A stretch of 64,000 nt of DNA from contig JBHGNT010000020.1 of NCBI GenBank assembly GCA_043228905.1, forward strand, positions 1,922,001 to 1,986,000, given 5' to 3'. The notes under the pieces were generated by a model, which was given only the letters and a program-made list of their open reading frames with translations, was not told the origin of the DNA and searched no databases. This DNA comes from Azolla caroliniana (Eukaryota > Plantae > Polypodiophyta). Both the position numbers and the translations under genes were made by a program. Below are positions 24,999-36,739 of this stretch, in pieces (position 1 is the first letter of the stretch; every line of letters starts with the position of its first letter).

Positions 24999-25439
24999 GA
25001 TTGGTTTAAAATAGGTTTTTCGAAGAGATTGGCTTAAAACTGCAAATCAATTCGTTTACACTTGAGATTGGTTTAAAACAACAAACCAACTTTAGATTGA
25101 TTTACACTTGAGATTGGTTTAAAACAACAAATCAACTTGAGATAAACAATTGTTGTAAACAACTTTTCCATTAATAAGTACTCGCGATTTACAATGAGTC
25201 GATTCTCGCTATACAAAATTAGTGTGGATTCCAAAATATAGTTACAACATCAACTCTATAACAAAATCTGTGCTAAAAACAACAGACACAAAATTTATAA
25301 TATGGAGCCACCAATCGTAGGTGCAAATCCTAGTACCCTTCGTGCCCACTCGTCCATATGAATCCGAAGTGAAAAAGTATATTAAATTAGCATTATCATC
25401 ATCAAATACAAAAATACCTACAATGAGGTATATATAGAT

Positions 25440-25660
25440 TTCATGTGCAAGGGTGCACATGTGTGAGGATAATATAGGTACAAAAGTGTAAGTCCTATAT
25501 TAATTATACTTAGGAGTGGAGGATCTAGAATATCCCACTTAAGTACAAGGTCCTATTTAAGGTGTTATAGTCAACACTTCTAACTAGATTCTATCTAGGT
25601 AACTACGAAGTTACATGGTTGACTAAATAACTAACTCTAATTGAGCTTGATCTCTCAACA
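25440..25660 (-). repeat. Possible eroded LTR remnant; left limit uncertain
   Basis: 25641-25660 is the reverse complement of TGTTGAGAGATCAAGCTCAA, the LTR start shared by A and B. Confidence 0.4.
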
Positions 25661-25689
25661 CTTATTTTCGTCGAAATTGACATCTTCTT

Positions 25690-26760
25690 CAAAGCTTTAG
25701 GTCATGACACATACATTCTGCACTTTTTTTGCTTTAGATGATATCCAAGATAATGATATCGTTACATGATGATACAATACATTTGTAGTGACTTGTAACA
25801 AGCGTGTACACCCTTTAACAACCGATCCACCTAAGGCACAACATTTGTTTTCATCAACAAAGATCCATGGAAACCATGGTATATATTGTAATTTCTCCCA
25901 AATAAATCCATAATTTGGGGGGATACATAACCATCGTTTAGCATCTTCAAACTCTGAAAACATTTGAGATTCATTATCAACTACATCTCTTGAGTCTACA
26001 ACCCCCAATCAAAATAAATGATTAAATTGAGATCTCGATTTCTCTTTTCCATGCCAATGCAACAATAAAAAAGAAACGAGCAATCCATTTTTAGTAATAA
26101 ATTACAAAGTTCTCGATAATATGATGGTGCATGCCCCAAAAAAGATCACGCATCTTGTTGTGACCTTACCAATTGTTATGCACATACAAAATGTTGAATC
26201 TTTAGAGAAATGCATCCATTGAGCAACATCCACCACAATGCTTGAATCTTAGTTTTCCATGCACCAATCCTCCTTACTTAATAAAATATTGCAGCGTAAA
26301 TATCCATGGTCTATCTTGTTGACACATATCTTGTAATTATGCAAATCTATGAGCTATCAAATGCATTTCAAAATCTAGCATTACATCACCACTTAACCGT
26401 TTGACAATAGCCAAATGGTCCCATGAAATCCATGTAACTCCCATCGTTTCTCCCTTTTGGCACAACATGAGCCAAAGAGGTTGCAACAATATTTGTAATG
26501 CATTCTTAGTCCAAGGAAGCAATGGTAAAAAATACAATAGCATGGGTATCATGATACATTGCACCACTTTGAGTTGTAAATGAAATGACCATAATTCAGA
26601 CTTCTTGTACATAAATTTGTCCTTCAATTTACTACCAATCTTGTCAATTAGTTGGATATTTCCAACATCGATACCCAATGGATACCCCAAATGCAAATAA
26701 ATTGATCCTCATGTAATCAATTAGTTGGAACTGAGAAGAAAGAATAAATATCACCAATTG
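25690..26760 (-). pseudogene. Degenerate LINE (L1-like) ORF2 C-terminal remnant
   Basis: HLGYPLG...YFLPLLPW...ISWDHLAIVKRLSG.. resembles the plant L1 post-RT region (YLGLPL...W..L..PK..GGLG). Confidence 0.6.
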
Positions 26761-26817
26761 AGAGGGTGTTGTTCGACGCCTATGTTAAGTCATGGTAAAC
26801 ACTCAATAATTAGCCAC

Positions 26818-26892
26818 CATAATTCCTACACAAGATTTGAGCCATCATAATTCCTATACAAGATTTGAGCCATCATAATTCATACACAAGAT
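26818..26892. repeat. Short tandem repeat CATAATTCCTACACAAGATTTGAGCCAT (about 2.5 copies)
   Basis: Visible direct repeats. Confidence 0.8.
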
Positions 26893-27192
26893 ATGTCTCC
26901 ACATGTTGAATTTCCTTATAATAGAATATGCCTTCATGAACATGAACATTTGTTACTTAAGAATATGTGTATCGATGAACATCAAACTTCGTTGTATTAT
27001 ACTATATTACATTATAGGAATCGATTCTCTCAATATACTTGAGATCTCAACAAGAAGTGCATGTAAGGGAACAATACCTCAAGGACAATACATCCTTTGT
27101 CATCGTTAATCGAGGATTCAACAATATTACTCGAAGCATTCATCGTGGCTTATTGCAAACCACTACTACTAGGAAGTAAGAAGCTTCTAGTA

Positions 27193-27692
27193 TTAGGGTT
27201 TAGGGTTTCCATTCTAGACTCCATCCCATTTGAGTCCATATCCATTCCATTCCACATTCCATTGTAGATTCCATCCTATTTGAAGTCCATATTCCATTTG
27301 AGTCCACATTCCATTCCGTTCGAGTTCACATTCCATTCCATTTGAGTCCACATTCCTTTCCATTCCAGATTCCATCCCATTCGAGTCTGTTGAGAATCAA
27401 GCTCAACCTAGTCTAGTGTGTGAACACACCCTTGAGAGTGTGCACTCAAAGGTCAAAAGTCACCACTCTTATCCACACATTAACTATGTGTCATAGAATC
27501 ATATTCTATGACACATAACTAATGAGCTTTCACATTCCCCATGACCCATGAGCTTCGGTAGTTAATGAAGAGAGAGAGAGAGTGACTATATAAAGCACTC
27601 TCCCTCCTCCTACTTTGTAATAGTTAGGTTAATCTCCTTTGTAATATACATTTCTCTTGAGTATTCTATTCTTGTTCAAATCTATTTTGTGT

Positions 27693-27764
<72 letters not shown>

Positions 27765-28135
27765 CACAACACATATCTCTAGTCTATTCCGCTGCACAAG
27801 AATCACACTACATAGTCCATATTCCATTCCATTCCATTTGAGTCTACATTCCATTCCATTCGAGTCCACCTTCCATTCCATTTGAGTTCACATTCCATTC
27901 CATTTCATTTGAGTCCACCTTCCATTCCATATTCCATCCTATCCCATTTGAGTCCATATTCCATTCCATCCCATTTGAGTCTATATTCCATTCCATTCCA
28001 TTTGAGTCCACATTCCTTACCATTCTATAGTGCATTCCTTTCCACATTCCATTCCAATCTATAGTCCATTCCATAGTCCAGACTCTTCTTGACTCCATAG
28101 TTCATAGTCCATTCCGTTCCACATTCCATTCCATT
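27193..28135. repeat. (CATTC)n/ATTTGAGTCC satellite preceded by two TTTAGGG-type units and interrupted by a solo LTR
   Basis: ttagggtttagggttt at 27193-27208, then ccattccattcc and gagtcc units at 27208-27387 and 27813-28135. Confidence 0.9.
27388..27812 (+). mobile_element. Solo LTR (425 bp)
   Basis: TGTTGAGAATCAAGCTCAAC...CTACA; flanks GAGTC/TAGTC; TATA box 27587-27594; internal (CT)n(CA)n tract; no PBS. Confidence 0.85.
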
Positions 28136-29378
28136 AAGTTTTGTCTTCCTTTGCTTCTTCTTCTTTCTCGTGGGACCCGCGACCCTCCTCTCGTCACCAT
28201 CAGTATGCTTCTTCCATCAAAACTTTGATTTTTTTAGTTGACTATTTGTCCACGCTTTGGTCTGTTTCTTTCATGAAATCCTTGATTCGTTAAGGAATTC
28301 CTTCCTGCTTTAGTAGAATTTTATTACGTAATGTTATCCTGAACTTCTCGGTGGTCTTTAATGCTTTAGTAGGATTTCATGCTGTCACCAGAAGGACGAT
28401 TATTATTAATGCCATTATTTGATAATTGTGTTTCATGTTATTTCTATTGTATTACTTGGAACTCTCAACAATTTTGTGGCTTATAACATTGCCTTGGGTT
28501 AGGCACTACGTGAGGCCAGTTAAGAAATGTGTGGTTCCAAAACTGATGGAAATAACTAAGTGGGCTAAGGTATTGGTTTTGAAGATGCAGCACTTGACAG
28601 CAGGAGCTTGTAATTCATCGTTCAAGTTAATGGTCATTTTCAAGTGCTGAAATCTGCACATAACACCTCTACTTGCTGTATTTTCTACTATGCCCATCAC
28701 AGATGTCATTGTTAATGGAGAATGCCTTGGATGGATGCAATGTTTCTAGGTTTTGGACCAGCTATCATATTGTATTGTCTCCTATTTTTTATCAATAAAG
28801 ATGTAGCAAAAGGGCGACTGCCTCTGAAACCAACAGAGGTGTGAAATTAAGTATTAATGAATCCAAAATCGTAAGGATATTTATCTAAGATGCCTTCAGT
28901 GTTGAAATTGAGCTAAATTGGTGGTTCACGAGTGAAGATTTAAAGCCCGCTGGAAGTTTCGGTCTGGTTTCCCATATTCCTTATTGAAAGCTGTGACTTA
29001 GTTAGCAATTTAAGGACTCCTTTATGAAATCCTCGATTTACTAGAATCCCTTTATGGTTTAGTAGGGTTTCATTACTTCATCAGTCCTTGATTTAGTAGG
29101 ATTCCATCATGCTTTAGTAGCATGATATCCTTGATTTACTAAGGATCTCTTGATGCTTCAGTACCATGAAATCTTTGCTTATCTGAGTACTCCTTAATGC
29201 TTTAGTAACATGAAATCCTTGATTTACTACGGATTTCTTAATACGTTTTTAGGCTTTTGTTCCTTCATGAAATCCTTTATTTGCGTTTGTCCCTTAAATG
29301 GTTGATCTGAAAATGGATACTTTTTAGTACGTTGTATGATCAGATGTCACCTGAACATATTTTCATTTACTTGTTTAG

Positions 29379-29413
29379 GAAAGATACGCGAAGGGAGAAA
29401 TTAACATATCAAG
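29379..29413 (+). other. Predicted non-coding 5'-UTR micro-exon of the MTP gene
   Basis: ttgtttAG|GAAAG...CAAG|GTATGA splice signals; acceptor TTGCAG ends at 29969, one base before the ATG. Confidence 0.45.
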
Positions 29414-29970
29414 GTATGAATCTGTGTGTTTCTAAGAATAGATGCTTGGAGGAAATTCCAAAAATTTAAGGAAAATCAGAAAAGAAGATCTTTTTTTTCC
29501 CTTAAATCCTCACTAATATTGTATCTTTGCCATTATATGTGGGTTAAATAATTATGTTGCAAAATATTTTTCCTATATCTATCGGTTTCATGAACATATA
29601 ATAAATACATCAGAATCACATATTCAAATCATTTGCACATTTATATATATTTTACGAGGAATGTTCATATTGATCTGTATGTTTCACATATGATATGTGT
29701 ATTTTGTATTCAGACCATTCAATCCGTTTCACATACAATTGATCTGTATTAAGAATATTTACGTCTTTCCATTCATTTCACAAACAAGCATATCTTGATA
29801 CTATCGCGTATTCATAAAATTCCATCCATTTCACAAACCACAAGTCTGGATTTAGTAATGTGTATTCATGTCATTCCATCCATTCCACTGAAGCTTCCAC
29901 TCACTCATCTAATAGATGGATTCTGATTTACCCTCCGTCCCCCCTCTTATATCATGAGTTATATTGCAGA

Positions 29971-31332
29971 ATGGAAAGTGTCAGCACTTCAGACTTGCTC
30001 ATCCCGGAGAGTGAGAAGACATCTCTGGCTGAACAAAGGTTTATGTTTGAAATTGAAGATCGAGTCTGTGGGGTAGGTTGTGGATTTTCAGATGAGAAGA
30101 GCAAAGCACAAGATGCAATTGTGAGATCAACTGCTGCGAAAAAGCTCATGCTGGCTTCATTACTTTGCCTTGCGTTCATCGCTGCAGAAATAACTGGTGG
30201 AATCATATCTAATAGTCTCGCTATTCTGACCGATGCCGCTCATCTCCTTTCAGATGTAGCTGGATTTGCTATCTCTTTATTTGCGATTTGGGCATCAAGT
30301 TGGGAAGCCACGCCTCGACAAACATATGGATTTTATCGTATAGAAATTCTAGGTGCTCTTCTTTCCATCCAGCTTATTTGGCTTCTCACTGGAATTATCG
30401 TATATGAAGCTATCTATCGAATTCTGCATACTAGTGAATCGATTGATGGTCGGCTTATGTTTTTCGTGGCTACTTTTGGATTGTTTGTCAATATCATCAT
30501 GGTTTTTCTACTAGGACATCATGGGCATGATCATTCTCATGGTCAACTCAGAAGCTTTCTTTCAGATCACAGCCATTCTGAGGATCAGAGGAATAGCCAT
30601 AACCATGGCGACCATAAGGAAAAAGTTGAACAAGGTGATGTCTGTAGCCATGATCAGGCTCATGAAGGTCTACGTGCTCAAAATCTAGAAGGAGAAGTAA
30701 GCACACCTTCACCACAAGAACTTGGAAGAAAAAAAGGCAGCAATGAACAGAACAATCTAGAAGAAGAAGAAGAAAAAAGCACGCCATCACCACATGAACT
30801 TGGAAGAAAGAGAAGCTACATTGTAGATATTGGCATAGATACACTAGTCTTGCCCAAGCAACAACACTTGCATGCGGGAAATATCAATGTAAGAGGAGCT
30901 TGGTTACATGTTTTGGGTGATCTTATTCAAAGTATTGGAGTGATGATTGGAGGTGTCATTATATGGATCAAACCAGAATGGAAAGTAGTGGATTTGATCT
31001 GTAGTCTCTTATTTTCAGTCCTTGTTCTTGGTACCACGATCAGAATACTTAGGGATACGGTAGAGATATTGATGGAGAGTACACCACGAGAAATTGATGT
31101 AAAGAAGCTTGAAAAAGAACTATGTGAAATACAAGGAGTGATAGCTATTCATGAGCTACATATATGGGCGATTACAATGGGAAAGACATCATTAGCTTGC
31201 CATGTGAACATATATCCAGATGCTGATGCCGACGTTGTTCTTAAAAAGGTATTAGCTTACTGTGATCAAGTATTCAATATCAGTCATGTTACTGTGCAGA
31301 TTGAGAGGAATCAAGGATACCTCCCTCCTTGA
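29971..31332 (+). CDS. MTP1: Metal tolerance protein 1-like Zn2+/H+ antiporter (CDF/SLC30 family, Zn-CDF group), 453 aa, intronless CDS
   Basis: CGFSD N-terminal motif; [23 protein letters not shown] (TM2 HxxxD); [20 protein letters not shown]; His-rich loop; [13 protein letters not shown] (TM5 HxxxD); HELHIWAIT; HVTVQIE. Confidence 0.95.
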   Translation: MESVSTSDLLIPESEKTSLAEQRFMFEIEDRVCGVGCGFSDEKSKAQDAIVRSTAAKKLMLASLLCLAFIAAEITGGIISNSLAILTDAAHLLSDVAGFAISLFAIWASSWEATPRQTYGFYRIEILGALLSIQLIWLLTGIIVYEAIYRILHTSESIDGRLMFFVATFGLFVNIIMVFLLGHHGHDHSHGQLRSFLSDHSHSEDQRNSHNHGDHKEKVEQGDVCSHDQAHEGLRAQNLEGEVSTPSPQELGRKKGSNEQNNLEEEEEKSTPSPHELGRKRSYIVDIGIDTLVLPKQQHLHAGNINVRGAWLHVLGDLIQSIGVMIGGVIIWIKPEWKVVDLICSLLFSVLVLGTTIRILRDTVEILMESTPREIDVKKLEKELCEIQGVIAIHELHIWAITMGKTSLACHVNIYPDADADVVLKKVLAYCDQVFNISHVTVQIERNQGYLPP

Positions 31333-32279
31333 GGACAAAGCTCATAATATATGCATGAAGAATAGGTTTTGTTATCAAAGAATTCCTCATGACTTTGCTT
31401 CAAAAGGGAGTGTTTGCATTCTCCTTTTTATATGTATGTTTCGGCATAGTTCAGTTTATTAGGCAATTCCATCCTCTAATTGCATATAAGAGTAGACTCT
31501 AGTGCAGCTTTTAGTCTATTTGTTATCCGCTCACCCACTCCTGAATTACTACTATTTTATACAAAGCACACGATGGACTCATCCCATTTCCTATAATTGC
31601 ATACATATTGGGATGCCAATATATTATACTACGATGTAAGTTAGAATTGGAAATATGGTTATTTTATCCTTTTACATCTAAATAACGTATGTAGTTCTTT
31701 TATTTTATCTGTCTCAAGAAGTTTTATAGCATGTTATGTGTACGTGGTTATGTGTATGTAATACAATCTGTTTCCATAATATACCCCCATCCACTACGAT
31801 GGTGTGGAGAGTTAATTACTCAATTGTGATAAAAGGTGGAATTATATGGCATAATATGTCACACTCCCCTAATCATCTCTTGTTGATGATTTGATCTTCC
31901 CTATCTTTCATAAATGCTTCCAAGAGCTCCAAACACAAAATCCTGATGTTTGTGGCACCACTTTAAAATTCATAGCTTGATAAACATACAATGTGCCACT
32001 ACGCTTAGCAAATCCATATTGAATTCTCCTTTACATTCCTTCTTCTAGTCACAAATATGGTTATACTACTGTTTTTAAGAAATTGGCAGTTCTAGAAGAG
32101 GATACCCAAGACCTAAAGTTTTGTTGATTTATCTCGAAAGATCATCGTGATTATTGATTTCTTTTGTTGCACAAGTTAAAGAGAACATAAAGCATGTAAT
32201 TTTTCATTTTTTCATTACACAAGCTTAACAATGATTTGTTTGTTTTTTGGAGGGAGTGTTTGCTTAAAACTTAAAATGG

Positions 32280-32630
32280 TACTACCAAGCGTTCAAAATC
32301 TCATAACCAATCTTTCCATGGTTTATCTACCCCAAGTTTCAAAATAGAAGTGATGAACATAGGCAAAGTAGATGATTATATCACCAAATATAGAAACATT
32401 TAGGAGGCATATGAAACATAGTGTACAAATCTTGAAGGCCATTCTCTCCATTTAAAAGGATACTACCAAGGGTTCAAAATCTCATAGCCAATCTTTCCAT
32501 GGTTTATCTACCCCAAGTTTCAAAATAGAGGTGATGAACATAGGCAAAGTAGATGATTATCACCAAATATAGTAACACTTAGGAGGCATATGAAGCAAAG
32601 TCTACAAATCTTAAAGGCCATTCTCTCCAT
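32280..32630. repeat. Tandem duplication of about 181 bp
   Basis: tactaccaag.gttcaaaatctcata... begins at 32280 and again at 32461. Confidence 0.9.
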
Positions 32631-35600
32631 CTCTATCATTTAAAAATTTAAGCATTTCTTTAATTACCAAGCCAAGCTTTCTTATACAAATGAATTTAGA
32701 CTAGTCAAGACTCAACATAATCATGAAGGCCATTCTCTCCTTTTGTATCACTAAAAGAAGTCTTTGTGCAATTGCCAAGATTTTTGATACAATTGAATCC
32801 AAATTCGAAATTTTCTTTTCCATCTAGATGGAAGTCATCGAGTATATTTGGTGGTAGAGAAATATTATTTTGATTGACGTTTTACCAATTGCTGCTATGG
32901 ACATTGAAATGGTGGAGAATGATCAACTATTGGTAGATACTAACCTTTATACAAAACAATATATTATCCCCTCTAAAGGTTGAATTGCTCCATGAAGTTG
33001 GTTATGCTAATGGTTAGAGATTTTAAGAAAATGAATAGATAATCTATCAATATTTTGAGCTATCAATAGTTTCTCATGGTAAAGCAAGTCCAACCATTTC
33101 TCCACGTTTTACTAACTCATGAATTGTAACAAGAATCGGGTAAATATAGCAATGGCAAACAATACTTTGTTTGAATGGAAATCTTATCTAGTAGTGAACA
33201 TGTCGAATGCTCTATCTTGGTGACTCCAACATTCAACATAGCATGTGACTCAACACCTAAGACCCATGACGAAGGTGAGGTGTGACACCTTTGTGCCAAG
33301 ACCCATATCAGACATATTAGCTGATAAGTGACCAAGTTGCAAGGTGCCAAACCACCCGACCACCCCTTAACAATAGCTTGAGATGGACCCGAACATCCTT
33401 GATGTCCCATACCATCGAAGGTTGATGGCGGTCGCACATGGGTCCTGTGAGGATCGCACATGCTTAGCTAACAAGGGCCATAGCTATAGTTTCATAGTCG
33501 CAACATAAGTGAAGCCTTCTCTCATTACAAGGTAGCTAGCCTTCTTATATAGGTAGAAACCTTTGACCCTAGTGTGTTCAAACTTCACTACTTTATGTGA
33601 AGTGGTCAAGTGATAACAAACTTAATAGTTATCCCACATCGTAGAATTGAATATTACACAATTCATACCCTTGTTACTTTCAGAATTAACCCACATGTAC
33701 TCATCATAAGATTAAGAAAAACTACGGAAAACCTATCTCATGATCATTTATGGTCTTGCATGTAAGAATGTGGGAGGCATATAAATAGTTTATTGAAAGT
33801 TTTATGGGACAAGCAATTATGACCTTGTTGTTTCATTTCTATAGATTAAATGACATGGATGTTTTGGCAAAGTGATCTACACACGAGATCCATGCCATAA
33901 TTGACATGTTAATGACATGGTGATGTACAATAGCTTTAGTGATGGTGCATATCCATACGAAACAAGGAGAAATTTATGTATAATAGGTTTTTGTGATCAA
34001 GAGCCTAATACAACGAGTCTGCATATAGTCTTTTTGTTGGACACATTGGAATAAAGAAGGCTCTATAGTGAGTTTGCAAATATGGATAGGATTATCCGAC
34101 ATAGATAGTACATTTTGGGACTATGCAATACAAGAAAAATGTATGTGTTGCATATATTGGCCAAGTATGTTGTTCCAAATAATAATACACGTTGCATGAA
34201 CTATGCTTGGAGGTTATAAATGGATGAAGGACAAGTGTTGAAGGTCAACAAAGAGTGTACCTGATGTTATGACAAAAATAATTAGTAAATAGGCCTATCA
34301 ATCTCATTAGAACCCACAAGGAATCCGCCTCTCGTTGGGCTACACCACATTGAATCTACCCAAACAAGATTATCGAATAATTGGCGTTAGCTAACCACCA
34401 CCAAACTTGGCTTGATTTCAACTTGTGGCATGACCCACTTTATTTCTCATCGTCAAAGGCATGGTTACTTCCTTACTGGAGCACTCAACCATTAAATACT
34501 ATAAATTAATAAGTAAATAAGAAACAAAACAAGAGAATGCCTTTTGGGCTCACAAAGCACTTTACGCATGTACCAACGAATGACAAACCACATCATCAAT
34601 TCTAACCTCAAGAACAAGGTGGAATCATATATAGATGAGTCATGCCACAACTCATCTTGAGGGGGGTGGGGATAACACATGGGATACGTTGAACTATATT
34701 TGGTCTACTTTAGGTAATATCAATTGTCCTTGAATCCCATCAAGTATTAGGTTGGGACTACCTGGACATGTAGTGTCCAAAGATGACATATCAATAGATG
34801 AATCCAAAGTTACCCTGACTAAAGAATGAAAAGTCATATCTCGAGTTACTCTTACCAAAGAACGAGAAGGCATTATGTTACAGGCATAACCATAACTTAT
34901 CCCATGGTAGTTTCGATAGTAGTTTTCTACACATGAGGATAACAATGTGAGGTTAATTGAGAATGTACAAAAGGGAGGTTTACTTTTAATCGTAGGGATT
35001 GAAACAACCTTTACGAACCAAATGTGAACTTGCTTGTGGGTTTGGCTATAAATATGAGGCAGGTGTCGAATACGGGCTTCTAATGGACGTATTCACACCA
35101 TCTCCTTTTGTACATACTAGGCTTAGGCTATTTTTGAAAATAGTGAGAAGGGCAGTTGCCCTAAGTCAGTCAGTATATAAATTGACTTTGTAACCTAGTT
35201 AGTGGTTGTTGCTTTAAGTTGTAATATATACTCTTTACATTGTGCCTAACTGTCTCTCTCTCTCTCTCTCTTCGACTGTACTTGTTATATTGTTTGTCTT
35301 TGCTGCTATAAAAGGTTACGATCTTGTATCCACTGACGATCTTATAGGAGCTTATAGAAGAAGAGTGTCGATCTTGTAAGAGTACTCCACTGTTCGAAAT
35401 CACCCTTGAAGTAAGTTAATCGATTGTACTTCGACTCCGTGATTGTCATCGCTAAGAGTGAGACCCTTCTCTTGATCAGGCCACATTCGTGCCTCACTCG
35501 GTTAGGCAGAAATCGAATAGGTCATATGACGCTATCTTCTCACTTGCTGTAACCACTCGAAGAAAACACGACTCTAGGGGCAACCCCAATCTGTGTTTCA

Positions 35601-35922
35601 TTCGGTTGAACGATATTCGGGAGGACCAGTAGGCTCCGCCCCTCTCATCGTCGCAATTACCCGAAACAGGATCGGCTTGGAAAATCGCACATAATTCGTG
35701 CTGGGAAATCTCGGAAAATCGACATTCAAAATCGAACAATCAAATCCGGGTTCAAGTTGACTAAGTTAGTTGACAGTAGTCACTCCGAATAGGATTCATC
35801 GACATTCGTAATCAACACGACTTGTGTCCAACTTCGGCTAGAATGACATTGAGTGAGCCAAGCTGCTGCACTTCATCACAGTTCGTAGCTAACTCCAAAC
35901 AAAGTCTATTATACCAACACAG

Positions 35923-36739
35923 ATGGCTTCAACATCCGGCTCGTCAGAGATGAGTCTAAGGAAGTTCAACGGATCGAACTTCAACTTCTGGAAGGAGCAG
36001 ATGCAAGACTATTTAATAGTCAAGGGGCAAATTGATTCCATTGAGAATGAAAACCCTCCAGAAGGATACAAGTCGCTTGAATGGGAAAAGCTCGACAGAA
36101 TCGTCCGAGCCACCATTCGGATGCACCTATCGGAGTCCGTGTACTTCACGGTGCAATCGTGTTCGATTGCCTTCCAACTATGGAAGACACTTTTGGACAC
36201 TTACGAAAAGAAGGTCGCCGCCAACAAGATATACCTCATTCAACGTTTTTATAACCTTCGGATGAAAGAGTCTGACTCGGTCCAGGCACACCTGAACGAG
36301 TATGAAAGCTTAAGCTCCCAAATTTCGGCCCAAGGGACGATTATCGAGGATGAACTAAAAGCAATGCTGCTTATGAGTAGTCTTCCTCCTTCGTGGGAAA
36401 CTTTCGTCACAACCGTGTGCAATGCGTCAACAACTGCCATTAAGTACTTTGCTGACTGAAGCGGCTCAGAGAAAATCATTTGCTAACGATTCAGCAAACA
36501 ACGCTTACGTAGTACAAGGTTCGGCCGACCGATTGAACAACTGTGGAAGAGATTCTTCATGGCAGTCGAACAACCAGCAAAGTCGGAGCAAGTCACGGGA
36601 TAATCGAGTATGCAACTACTGCAAGAAACCCAGACACATCAAAGCTGATTGCCGTGCACTCAAGGCCAAAAATGATAAGGCTCAACGAGCCGAGTAGAAG
36701 AGTGGCCGACATGAGGAGATCAACTACATCAGCTCTTCG
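35923..36739 (+). pseudogene. D gag (frameshifted)
   Basis: KFNGSNFNFWK, LMSSLPPSWE, CNYCKKPRHIKADC. Confidence 0.88.

Larger units (their letters stand above)
450..25000 (-). mobile_element. Degenerate Mutator-like (MULE) DNA transposon split by Copia A; true termini not resolved
   Basis: Transposase fragments lie on both sides of A and join in frame across the AATAT TSD (...LRVIF|ARMPDVRPN...). Arrays of a 12-bp motif sit in inverted orientation at the two ends. Confidence 0.8.

Noticed and set aside
27193-27208. True telomere or large interstitial telomeric array
   Set aside because: Only about two units; at most a telo-box or repair seed.
27844-28098. W/N/G/M-rich ORF, or human satellite contamination
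   Set aside because: The ORF is a translation of (GGAAT)n. The satellite contains a plant solo LTR with a TSD-like flank, so it is native.
29860-29970. 37-aa N-terminal extension of MTP1 in the ORF track
   Set aside because: It starts at GTG and lies in pyrimidine-rich intron-like sequence ending TTGCAG just before the ATG at 29971.
33100-34700. Possible old LTR or retroelement debris (CCCACATCG near 33633)
   Set aside because: No boundaries, TSD or convincing protein motif could be established by eye.
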